Assembly: GCF_046119375.1 (NCBI RefSeq)
Contig: NW_027362767.1
Coordinates: 416,330,001 to 416,394,000 of the forward strand
DNA length: 64,000 nucleotides
Direction: 5' to 3'
From: Phyllobates terribilis
Lineage: Eukaryota
Shown here: positions 44,868 to 64,000 of the stretch, in pieces
How the letters are laid out: each line of letters begins with the position of its first letter
Numbering within the stretch: the first letter of the stretch is position 1
Made by a program: the position numbers and the translations under genes
The notes under the pieces: generated by a model
The model's input: only the letters and a program-made list of their open reading frames with translations
What the model was told of the DNA's origin: nothing
Databases searched by the model: none

Positions 44868-47800
44868 ATGGCGGCCTCCTTGGTCAGGATGTGTGTGTGC
44901 GGTGTGAGAGGAGCGCTCCGGAGCCGGGTAATTAGCTGATGGCGGATTAGAGGAGCAGGGCGATGTATTGGGTGATGAATGTCTTGTAACTGTGTGTCCT
45001 CCCCGCAGGCGGCGCTGCCCCCCGGGGTCCGCACACTGTGTAGCCCCCCAGAGGAGTTTGACCTGGGGTCTCGTTATAAGGAGCATCCCTGGGAATACCT
45101 GAGCAGCGAAGGTAACAGCCCCAGTCTGCTATTGCTCTCTGTTATCAGTCTCACTACTAGGGCAGATGCTGACTGTGTTTGGCCTCTTTAGGTCATGCGA
45201 CTCTCTATCTACAGGGGAACTACAACCCCCAGCATGTCCTGACACCCTGCAGCGGTGTAGCATAGGTTGTCAGCGCCCGGGACCAGTATCTTCTGCCTTT
45301 CCCCTCGTTTGCAGGACAATAATTATGTTTTTTATTCTTTTATCTTCTCATCGTTTTCAGCTTTTTTTTTTGCTGAAATTTGACCTACAATTTAAAAAAG
45401 TCATATTGTTTTACTTTTTCTTTTTTTTTCCATGTAATTATTTTTTATACTAACCCTATGGCTATGTGCCCCCGATGCTGAAATGATCCGGATTTTTCCT
45501 GAGCGTTTCTGCATCTCCCTGGCAGAAAAAACGCATGCGGATTGCACATTCGTTTTTCCTGCCAGGGACAAGCGGATGTGAAGCGTTCTTCACATGCATT
45601 TCCGCATGCGGGTTGACAAGCGCTTTCCAAGTGATTTTAGCATCACTTGGAAAGTGCTTGACAACTTGGTCACACTATATAAATCCAGCCGGCATGGCTT
45701 TATATAGTGTGACCGAAAGAATGGTAAAAAATAAATCTATACTTACCTTCCGATGGCCTCCGGAGTCTTGATTCGATGCGTCTCGGCTTGCCGGCAGCTT
45801 GCGGTACACTGAAGGACCTGCCGACGTCAGCATCACGTGACCTGTCACATGACTAAATGACGTCAGCGCTGATCCTTCAGTCCACTGCGATCTGCCGGCA
45901 AGCAGACACAAGGACATCGGAGGCCATCAGAAGATAAATATAATATTTATTTTTTATTTTATTCTTTTTTTTACAGGTTCTATGGTACCCGGGTCCGGAG
46001 GAGAGTCTCCTCTCCTCCAGACCCGGGTACCATCTGCACATTGATGCGCATTCCATGCGTTTGTACAGATCCAGTCATGCGGATTCCATGCCTTCCAATG
46101 CAAGTCAATGGAGGCGAAAACGCAGCGCTTCCGCAAAATAATTGGTAGTGCTGCGTTTTTTTCCGCAATGATAATCTTCAGCGGAAATTTCCGCAGCATG
46201 TGCACAGCACATGCGGATTATCATTGAGGACAAAAAATAAAATAAATTCAGCTCACCTGGTTCTCACATGCTCCTGGTGCAGGGAAGCCTGGTAACGTGT
46301 GGTCTCACGTAGTAGAAACAATATAAATGTAAGAAGAAACTGGCTTCCAGGAATATAAAAATTTCCCCCCAATTTTTTTCTTTTTTTTATTGATAGAAAA
46401 GTAGTTCAGATCAGTTCAGGTAATGAGATAAAAATTCAATGGATAAATCACATCATAGACCAGCTACGCGTTTCGAGCATGATACTATGCTCTTTGTCAA
46501 AGCTCTGACAAAGAGCATAGTATCATGCTCGAAACGCGTAGCTGGATCCTATGATGTGATTTATCCATTGAATTTTTATCTCATTACCTGAACTGATCTG
46601 AACTACTTTTCTATCAATAAAAAAACAGAAAAAAATTGGGGGGAAATTTTTATATTCCTGGAAGCCAGTTTCTTCTTACATTTATATTGTATCATTGAGG
46701 ACCATGGCAGGCCTTCTACCATGCGTTTTTTAAGCGTTTCTGCAGCGGAATTGCCGCTGCAAAAACGCTTAAAAAAATGCATCGTGGGCACACAGCCTTA
46801 GGGCTAGAGATGGGAGAATCAATTAACGGGACTCTGCTCCACCAGCCGGGTCAGTGATCTGTGAGCTCTCTGGTTCTCCTTAAAGGGGTATTCATTCCCA
46901 TTTCCAAGATCCTATCCCAATATGTAGTAGGTGTAATAATAATATTAGCAAATACCTCCAATTAGCAATGTAGTATAGTTCTTCTGATTCGCTATGTCAC
47001 TTACCCCGTGTGCAGGCATTGCAGTACCTTGGGTATCCATGGTTACGACCACTGATATACTGACAGCTAGTTGCTAGTGGTTGTAACCATGAATACCTAA
47101 GGTCCTGCAATGCCCTGCACACGGGGTAAGTGACATAGCGGAATCAGAACTGTACTACATTGCTAATTGGAGGTATTTGCTAATATTATTACACCTGCTA
47201 CATATTGGGGTAAGATCTTGGAGATGGGATTACCCCTTTTAACTCCCCCCGGCTCTTTTTTTTGGCAGGAGCGACGTCATCATAGCGGCATCATTCACAC
47301 ACAATCAGTCAGAAATCTGTGGCCGCTGGACAGAAGTCCCGCATGCCTTTTTTTCACTATCGGCATCCACATGTCTTCTGATTAGCCGGCCTGGTGCAAC
47401 ATCATCATTGCTTCCAGACATTGTGCTGTACCGACTAATCAGAAGAAGAGCCGCACTGAAGACGGAGGATTGCAGGGCTGCCCTCCTGCGGCCACAGATC
47501 ACCAATATGGCCATCAGACCGTGGGCCTCCAAATGTATAGAGTCTTCTCTAGTTCTGACCCATCTTGATCTGAATGATTAAGAACCACCAAAAGAATTGA
47601 TGAGCTGTGGTTGTTTTTATTACTTTTTTTTAAAAACACGCATCGTAGGTAAAATGAGAAATTCAAAGTTAAAAACTATGTTCCCGGCCAACATTTCTGT
47701 TACTGAAAAATGATGCTGTTTTCCCACAAGTAAAAACCCCAAAAAAGCTGTGTGTGAACAAGCCCTTATGCTAGTTGGGGTGGGAATAGGTGTATAAAAG

Positions 47801-50800
47801 CATAACACTTCTGTCTCGTTTGCGTGATTCCTTGGGTAGAGAGGAGTTTGTCACTATCTGTCAAAGAAAATATTAAAAATCTCTGAAGTCCCTCATATCT
47901 ACCCTTCCCTCCCTTTTCCTGACACACAGAGTGCAGCACCACGCAACAGCTGACAGGTTTAAGTCTCTTAGATGTGAACCATCTTAGTTAAAATGCATGA
48001 AGTTCTTTTGATGCCCAGATGACTGAAAGAAGATGCCTTTTGTGAGAAAGACAAAGGGATTGCAAATGGGAGAACTCTTTTCAAAGAGTTGGACAATAAA
48101 AGGGTACATGTGTTTATGCTTATGCAGGGCAGTGGAAAAAACGTTTGTCCTCAGGAAATACATTGTCCTTTCAAGAGATGTATTTTACATTTACACTAGA
48201 CACCCTTGTCCCTGCAAGAGAAGTGTTGCACCTGCAACAGATTTGAGGTCTCCGAAAGGAAATGTTGAATATCGAAATTTGTATAAATCCGATTGTGAGG
48301 AGACGTATATTTTTAGTGGCAGGGCTAACAGGAGAAGAAGACGCATAATTTTTCAGAACTGTAACCCCTGCCTGTGAGCCACAAATCCACAGTGACCAGA
48401 TCACTGACAACAGCTATGCCATGTTTACTATCTGTGGAAAGGTAAAATCCCGATGGAAAATATGGCTGCAATCTTGAACTTCTGTGACCATCAGGAGGGA
48501 AGTTATCGCAGAACTTGGGATTTCGTAAAATCCTGAATGGCTGGGGACAGCCTACAACCCTGCCCACGTGAGGTCATCGTGGGGGGTGTGTGGTTGGACC
48601 TCAGGTGCTGATAAAAGATCAAGCCGAATTATGATCTGGGTTCCTGTAGAGCAGGGGTGGGGAACCTGAAGGCTGAGGGCCATTTATGGCGCTCGATGAT
48701 CTTTCATCAGGTTCCTGGGGACCACAGTGCTTGGGCCGGCAGCTGTGTTTTGATGGCCACAGGCCTTTTTATTTCTTCTTGCTCTGTGAGAACGCAGATG
48801 CAATGTTCACTACTGAATGCTGAGGCGCGAGCAATTAAAGATTACGTCCTGACACCAGTGCCAGCATCAAGACGTACTTTGTGGGCTGAGTTAGCGCATA
48901 ATTTGTACGGCCCCCGAATGATGGTATAAATATCCAAATGGCCCTTGGTAGAAGGAAGGTTCCCCACCCCTGCTGTAGAGAGAGACATTTTGGTGTATGC
49001 ATGATTCCCGTCCGCTGGACGTTCTTCAAACAAAGCGCTGTCCTTCGCTAGGCCGAATCATATCTGTGATCGGTATAGTAAACTCTTTTGTTAATCCCTT
49101 TTTATCTTCTGTAACTGTATACGCTGTATTGTTTTATCCCCTTTGTAAAATCTTTTGTATAGTTTTCATAAACGCTGGTTCCCTTTTAGATTAAATATAA
49201 AATATAATAGCTCTGTAACCACGCCTCAAAGCCATATGTGACCTGTATAAACGATTAGTGGTGGCAGCGAGTAGTCTTGTGTTATTGTGGAGTTAGCGTT
49301 GGTCCGATACGGAGGTACATACACAGATTCCATGTGTTGGAATCCGGAGGTGTATATACCATACGCTCACTGTTAGTTTTCCAATAACCGGCATGTTAGT
49401 GCAAACAGCCTGCGGCCTCCTCCGTTAGTCGTCGGCCAATCGTGTAATTATCCGCACGATAGGGGGCAGCAGAGAGCTCTTGGCTCCAAAGATCACAGCG
49501 GGTGGTTCAATGTGACCTTCCCAGGGTGTGATATTTATGGATAAAACCTTGACACTGCCCGGGCGGAGCGCAGCAACCGAGATGAGAGCTTTGACATCTC
49601 CACAGTCGTCCCACATCCTCGTTCGCTATACCACTGGCTCTAGGACATGCTGGGAGTTGTAGTTTTGCACGCCCTGTGACATTTCCGCAGCTTTGCGTTT
49701 TATCATTTCTCCCCCCCCTCTCTAGAGTACTTGGAGCGTTATGGACAGAGATCTGTGTGGACCGGTTACAGAAGAAATCACAAAGGACCAATCCCACCAC
49801 AAAAAACACGGAAAACCTGCATTGTGAGTGATTGGGGGCCTGGAATGACTAAGTGTTTTTACCTATAAAGGGGGGTGTAATAATTAGAGAACATCTGTCC
49901 GTCCGGTGCTTGAGGTTTCGCTCTACGAGAGCACGACATTCAGATGTGAATGCAGTTTGCTCTTAAAGAGAACCTGTCCCCAATCTGGGGCTGCCCCAAG
50001 AGCCTTGGACGCTGTCGGGTAAGAGGCAGCTCTCATCCAGACATGGCCTATAAACAACGTGGCTGCTCAGCAGCACCACTCTTGTGTATAGGTCATGTCT
50101 GGTATTGCTACACGCGGTGCAGTAACCACTTCGTATTTTCTTACAGAGAGGAGGTAAAGTTTGCGGCAATCCCTGCCCTATCTGCCGGGATCAAAGCCTC
50201 GGTGTGGATTACCGAGTGAGTATCCTCCGATGGCTGCGGTGAGCTCTCTGCCGGTCCAGCCCAGGCTGATAATTGTCATTTTCTTTGTTTCCGCAGAACG
50301 TGAAGTTACTGCAGCAGTTTATCTGTCCGCACACGGGAGTCGTGTATGACCCGACCAGAACAGGTTTGTCTTGTGCAGGCGGCTCGGGACGTAGGCGGAC
50401 GCCCATAACTTATGTATTTATCTCCTAGGTGTGTGCATGAAGCAACACAAGCGGCTCGTGAAGGCCATAACCGAGGCCGAGGACCATGGTGAGATGAGGA
50501 TTCATCAGAAACTGTGTGGCCACCACTCGTAGTCATATAGTGACTGCAGACTAAAGCCTGGACAACCCCTTTAAATAATATTTTGAGATGTTTGAAATTG
50601 CACAGGGCAATATCTCACCCCCTCCTCATCCGCAGGTCTCCTGCCATTAATGATACATCACAAGGACATCACCTTCGGAGACTACTCCCGGACACACAGT
50701 GCGGTGGCACAGACGCCTCCGGCCCCGGAGGGCCCCTGGTATTCCTGGTACGAGTGGCAAGAGCCGTCCGCAAAGGACGTCGCCAAACTGCAGAAGCTGT

Positions 50801-50838
50801 ACAGGCCGTACTGGAGAGAGATGAGGGGGGAGCAGTGA
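44868..50838 (+). CDS. MRPS18B: Mitochondrial ribosomal protein S18B (mS40), 7 exons, 219 aa
   Basis: Exons: 44868-44927, 45009-45111, 49726-49823, 50147-50215, 50297-50363, 50429-50488, 50636-50838 (660 nt). Translation: [20 protein letters not shown] (presequence-like)...[60 protein letters not shown]...[17 protein letters not shown]...[11 protein letters not shown]...[11 protein letters not shown]...*. AATAAA follows at about 50878. Confidence 0.96.
46232..46689. mobile_element. PLE-derived insertion with a 373-bp palindrome and a 13-bp TSD
   Basis: TATCATTGAGGAC at 46219-46231 and 46690-46702. Near-perfect inverted arms span 46318-46690 and are centred at about 46502. Confidence 0.85.
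46501..46543 (+). ncRNA. Minimal type I hammerhead ribozyme motif at the palindrome centre (mirror copy on minus, about 46461-46504)
   Basis: AGC-U-CUGACAA-A-GAGCAU(AGUAUC)AUGCUC-GAAAC-GC-GUA-GCU. Stem II has 6 bp, GAAA is intact, stem III ACGCGU is palindromic and the triplet is GUA. The core has G8>A. Confidence 0.6.
46884..47240. mobile_element. T2/Kolobok-type palindromic MITE (intact copy)
   Basis: TTAA-flanked, AGGGGTA...TACCCCT termini, and self-complementary over nearly its whole length. Confidence 0.88.
48360..49270 (+). mobile_element. Possible decayed LTR with a primer-binding-site-like motif
   Basis: Begins TGTAACCCC. TAGTGGTGGCAGCG at about 49256-49269 resembles Gypsy PBS regions. 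The LTR 3' end is not clean. Confidence 0.35.
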
Positions 50839-51029
50839 GGGCGACGCTCTGTATTACAGAAAATATATGTAATAATGAATAAAACGCAACGTGTGTCTGT
50901 CCCCTACAGTATTGCTCCTGGATATTCCTACATATAGACCATGGATTAGGACCGGTGCTAATTTATTTATAGGCTAAAGATGATGAGAAAATCCTTTAGC
51001 AAAACCAGCTGTTTGGCGATGGGTGTGGG

Positions 51030-51150
51030 GGGAGGTGATTGGGTGGTGATCGGGGGGAGGTGATTGGGTGGTGATCGGGGGGGGAGGTGATTGGGTGGTG
51101 ATGGGGGGGGGGAGGTGATTGGGTGGTGATCGGGGGGGGGGGGGGGGGGA
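51030..51150. repeat. G-rich ~25-bp tandem repeat
   Basis: GGGGGGAGGTGATTGGGTGGTGAT(C/G), about 4 copies. Confidence 0.85.
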
Positions 51151-51599
51151 CCTTTGAGTGAATCAAAGAATTTCCCATCACTAATATGAATAAAGAGGAA
51201 ATGGAGACGCATTCGCCGTAGTGGGACACGCATGGGACTGGGGATTATCCAGTTTGGAAATCCCCTTAAAGGGGTTTTTGACGAGTATAATACATGGAGA
51301 AAAGTACCTGTAAGGATGGAGAATAGGTCAGATGTGATTTATTTCTCGATAATAGGATTTTTCATTACTTGGGACAACCCCTTGCACTGCCCGATCAATA
51401 GTAGTAATGACAGAGCTCAAAGTGAAGGAGAACAGCTCCCGTGATTCCTTTCACTCATTAATCAACACAGATCAGCTCCTTATATTCTGCATCTCTATCT
51501 GCTGCCCAGCATGTAACACACAATCCAGACAGGAAGAGGAGGATAGAGATAAGCAGTGAGGTGTGCGGCCTCCATTCTATTATCGCCTGTATTAACCTG

Positions 51600-54500
51600 G
51601 CAGCTCTGCCGCCTCTCTCGTACGCAGGAGCGCCCCCCCACTCTGCCACCTCTCGTACGCAGGAGCGCCCCCCCCCCCTTCTGCCGCCTCTCTCGTACGC
51701 AGGAGCGCCCCCCCCCCACTCTGCCACCTCTCGTACGCAGGAGGGCCCCCCCCCCCACTCTGCCGCCTCTCCCGTACGCAGGAGAGCCCCCCCCCACTCT
51801 GCCACCTCTCGTACGCAGGAGCGCCCCCCCCCTTCTGCCGCCTCTCTCGTACGCAGGAGCGCCCCCCCCCCACTCTGCCACCTCTCGTACGCAGGAGGGC
51901 CCCCCCCCCCACTCTGCCGCCTCTCCCGTACGCAGGAGAGCCCCCCCCACTCTGCCACCTCTCGTACGCAGGAGCGCCCGCCCCCCCTTCTGCCGCCTCT
52001 CCCGTACACAGGAGCGCCCCCCCACTCTGCCACCTCTCGTATGCAGGAGCGCCCGCCCCCCTTCTGCCGCCTCTCCCGTACACAGGAGCGCCCCCCCGAC
52101 CTCTCTCATACGCAGGAGCGCCCCCCCCACTCTGCCGCCTCTCCCGTACGCAGGAGCGCCCCCCCCCTACCTCTCATACGCAGGAGCGCCCCTCCCACTC
52201 TCCCGTACGCAGGAGCGCCCCCCCCACTCTGCCGCCTCTCCCGTACGCAGGAGAGCCCCCCCACTCTGCCACCTCTCCCGTACGCAGGAGCGCCCCCCCC
52301 TACCTCTCATACGCAGGAGCGCCCCTCCCACTCTGCCGCCTCTCCCGTACGCAGGAGCGCCCCCCCCACTCTGCCACCTCTCGTACGCAGGAGCGCCCCC
52401 CCCCTTCTGCCGCCTCTCCCGTACGCAGGAGCGCCCCCCCCCACCTCTCTCATACGCAGGAGCGCCCCCCCCACTCTGCCACCTCTCGTACGCAGGAGCG
52501 CCCCCCCCCCCACTCTGCCACCTCTCGTACGCAGGAGGGCCCCCCCCCCCACTCTGCCGCCTCTCCCGTACGCAGGAGAGCCCCCCCCACTCTGCCACCT
52601 CTCGTACGCAGGAGCGCCCGCCCCCCCTTCTGCCGCCTCTCCCGTACACAGGAGCGCCCCCCCACTCTGCCACCTCTCGTATGCAGGAGCGCCCGCCCCC
52701 CTTCTGCCGCCTCTCCCGTACACAGGAGCGCCCCCCCCGACCTCTCTCATACGCAGGAGCGCCCCCCCCACTCTGCCGCCTCTCCCGTACGCAGGAGCGC
52801 CCCCCCCCTACCTCTCATACGCAGGAGCGCCCCTCCCACTCTCCCGTACGCAGGAGCGCCCCCCCCCACTCTGCCGCCTCTCCCGTACGCAGGAGAGCCC
52901 CCCCACTCTGCCACCTCTCCCGTACGCAGGAGCGCCCCCCCCCTACCTCTCATACGCAGGAGCGCCCCTCCCACTCTGCCGCCTCTCCCGTACGCAGGAG
53001 CGCCCCCCCCACTCTGCCACCTCTCGTACGCAGGAGCGCCCCCCCCCTTCTGCCGCCTCTCCCGTACGCAGGAGCGCCCCCCCACCTCTCTCATACGCAG
53101 GAGCGCCCCCCCACTCTGCCACCTCTCGTACGCAGGAGCGCCCCCCCCCCTTCTGCCGCCTCTCTCGTACGCAGGAGCGCCCCCCCCCTGCCACCTCTCG
53201 TACGCAGGAGGGCCCCCCCCCTACCTCTCATACGCAGGAGCGCCCCCCCCCCACTCTGCCGCCTCTCCCGTACGCAGGAGCGCCCCCCCCCTACCTCTCA
53301 TACGCAGGAGCGCCCCTCCCACTCTGCCACCTCTCCCGTACGCAGGAGCGCCCCCCCGACCTCTCTCATACGCAGGAGCGCCCCCCCCACTCTGCCGCCT
53401 CTCCCGTACGCAGGAGCGCCCCCCCCCTACCTCTCATACGCAGGAGCGCCCCTCCCACTCTCCCGTACGCAGGAGCGCCCCCCCCACTCTGCCACCTCTC
53501 GTACGCAGGAGCGCCCCCCCTTCTGCCGCCTCTCTCGTACGCAGGAGCGCCCCCCCCCCACTCTGCCACCTCTCGTACGCAGGAGCGCCCGCCCCCCCTT
53601 CTGCCGCCTCTCCCGTACGCAGGAGCGCCCCCCCACCTCTCTCATACGCAGGAGCGCCCCCCCCACTCTGCCGCCTCTCCCGTACGCAGGAGCGCCCCCC
53701 CCCCCTCTGCCACCTCTCGTACGCAGGAGCGCCCCCCCCACTCTGCCGCCTCTCCCGTACGCAGGAGCCGCCCCCCCCCACTCTGCCACCTCTCGTACGC
53801 AGGAGCGCCCCCCCCCTTCTGCCGCCTCTCCCGTACGCAGGAGCGCCCCCCCCCACTCTGCCGCCTCTCTCGTACGCAGGAGCGCCCCCCCCCTTCTGCC
53901 GTCTCTCTCGTACGCAGGAGCGCCCCCCCCTTCTGCCGCCTCTTTCGTACGCAGGAGCGCCCCCCCCCCCTTCTGCCGCCTCTCTCGTACGCAGGAGCGC
54001 CCCCCCCCTTCTGCCGCCTCTCTCGTACGCAGGAGCGCCCCCCCCCCTTCTGCCGCCTCTCTCGTACGCAGGAGCGCCCCCCCACTCTGCCGCCTCTCTC
54101 GTACGCAGGAGCGCCCCCCCTTCTGCCGCCTCTCTCGTACGCAGGAGCGCCCCCCCCCTTCTGCCGCCTCTCTCGTACGCAGGAGCGCCCCCCCCCCACT
54201 CTGCCGCCTCTCTCGTACGCAGGAGCGCCCCCCCCTTCTGCCGCCTCTCTCGTACGCAGGAGCGCCCCCCCCACTCTGCCGCCTCTCTCGTACGCAGGAG
54301 CGCCCCCCCCCCTTCTGCCGCCTCTCTCGTACGCAGGAGCGCCCCCCCCCTTCTGCCGCCTCTCTCGTACGCAGGAGCGCCCCCCCCCCCACTCTGCCAC
54401 CTCTCTCGTACGCAGGAGCGCCCCCCCACTCTGCCACCTCTCTCGTACGCAGGAGCGCCCCCCCCTTCTGCCGCCTCTCTCGTACGCAGGAGCGCCCCCC

Positions 54501-55101
54501 CCCCACTCTGCCGCCTCTCTCGTACGCAGGAGCGCCCCCCCCTTCTGCCGCCTCTCTCGTACGCAGGAGCGCCCCCCCCCCTTCTGCCGCCTCTCTCGTA
54601 CGCAGGAGCGCCCCCCCCACTCTGCCGCCTCTCTCGTACGCAGGAGCGCCCCCCCCCCCCTTCTGCCGCCTCTCTCGTACGCAGGAGCGCCCCCCCCACT
54701 CTGCCGCCTCTCTCGTACGCAGGAGCGCCCCCCCCTTCTGCCGCCTCTCTCGTACGCAGGAGCGCCCCCCCCCTTCTGCCGCCTCTCTCGTACGCAGGAG
54801 CGCCCCCCCCACTCTGCCGCCTCTCTCGTACGCAGGAGCGCCCCCCCCCCCTTCTGCCGCCTCTCTCGTACGCAGGAGCGCCCCCCCCCACTCTGCCGCC
54901 TCTCTCGTACGCAGGAGCGCCCCCCCCCCCTTCTGCCGCCTCTCTCGTACGCAGGAGCGCCCCCCCCCACTCTGCCGCCTCTCTCGTACGCAGGAGCGCC
55001 CCCCCCCCCTTCTGCCGCCTCTCTCGTACGCAGGAGCGCCCACCCCCCCTTCTGCCGCCTCTCGTACGCAGGAGCGCCCCCCCCCCCTTCTGCCGCCTCT
55101 C
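51600..55101. repeat. 3.5-kb GC/CpG-rich minisatellite (about 37-40-bp unit)
   Basis: Unit CTCTGCCGCCTCTCTCGTACGCAGGAGCG(C)n with a variable C-run. It lacks stop codons in several frames, which explains the spurious 1210-aa ORFs. Confidence 0.97.
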
Positions 55102-55669
55102 CTGTGTTCTCTGAGAACAGTCGGCAGACACGTTGGATGGTGTCATCTCTGGGAGAACAATGTGACAGTCAGTCCAAAATCAGATATGCGTGATTGACAT
55201 CTCTCCCAACCATCAGTTGTCCGGCGCTTCCATACACAGTGTCTGCAGAACCCATGGATATTGGCGAGCTCGGCCATCATTAGTGTATTGGGGCCTATAA
55301 TCTGGGGCGGCCCATGAGCAGGAGGCAAACACCAGGGCTGCGTCCTGTGACTGCGAGACGTTCTGGTTTTGGACCGTACATTATAAGCGGCTGCGATCAC
55401 CATGTGTGACCCTTAAGCGCAGGAGCCACATGTGATCGATACAAGAAGCAGAAACAAGATTTATATCCAAAATGAGAAGTTTTATATACAAGATCTGTAC
55501 AGATGTTACATATAGTCCGGTGATTGGCTGCAGCGTGATGAGGCCTCCCCTTCCTGCAACGCAAAAAGTGGTCACTGTCACAGAGCAAAACGTACGCAGA
55601 ATGTGAATACAGTCCTACGGTGCAGAAACGGCCACACACCCAAGTCCTAGAACCACAATATGGCGCCAT

Positions 55670-63640
<7,971 letters not shown>

Positions 63641-64000
63641 CTGTAACACATTCACCAGCCGAGAGTATAACCACCATCATCTGCTCTGTGAGGACATCCA
63701 GTCTAAGCACACTTTATCTGGGGTCTCTCATGTCAAATCTGTAACAGGGACCCCCACGCTGATATGGCAGGGGGCAGACTGGGCGCTATATGGTATCCTG
63801 ACCCATGTACAACAGTAAATACATATACATCTTGTAGATTGTGAGCCCTCGCGGGCAGGGTCCTCTCTCCTCCTGTACCAGTCAGCGACTTGTATTGTAA
63901 TTGTTGTTTGTCATGTATACCCCTTTTCACATGTAAAGCGCCATGGAATAAATGGCACTATAATAATAATAATAATACTGGACCTGAGTGATTGGTTGTG

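Larger units (their letters stand above)
45460..46797. mobile_element. Harbinger-like non-autonomous element in MRPS18B intron 2
   Basis: TIRs GGCTATGTGCCCCCGATGC / GCATCGTGGGCACACAGCC, followed by TTA. Internal palindromic segments. Interrupted by a PLE insertion. Confidence 0.65.

Noticed and set aside
47305-47532. Short minus-strand ORF in MRPS18B intron 2
   Set aside because: No recognisable homology or splice context; it resembles a repeat remnant.
51556-55197. 1213-aa and 1210-aa ORFs and overlapping minus-strand ORFs
   Set aside because: They are translations of a stop-free minisatellite that is open in most frames, with no domain or splice context.

Overview
This is vertebrate genomic DNA, almost certainly from a frog (inferred from the repeat families and protein similarity), and not prokaryotic. 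It covers part of the MHC class I-linked gene block. Four spliced genes were reconstructed exon by exon with GT-AG junctions and consistent reading phase: ATAT1 (minus, 10 coding exons, 297 aa), PPP1R10/PNUTS (minus, 18 coding exons, 840 aa), MRPS18B (plus, 7 exons, 219 aa, sharing a divergent promoter with PPP1R10), and the 3' nine exons of DHX16 (minus, continuing past the window end). A weak candidate first exon, possibly C6orf136, lies at about 5.1 kb. Introns and intergenic DNA are full of Tc1/mariner copies, CR1 and L1 fragments, a solo LTR, T2/Kolobok, hAT and Harbinger-type MITEs, Penelope-like element (PLE) remnants and several large minisatellites. The most unusual signals are PLE-derived insertions built as long hairpins centred on minimal hammerhead-ribozyme motifs, one with a clean 13-bp target duplication. 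Also notable are nested TE insertions, a cluster of RFX X-box-like sites at the ATAT1 promoter, and a gene order that differs from the human MHC. Gene names come from recalled similarity to vertebrate orthologs; no database search was run.
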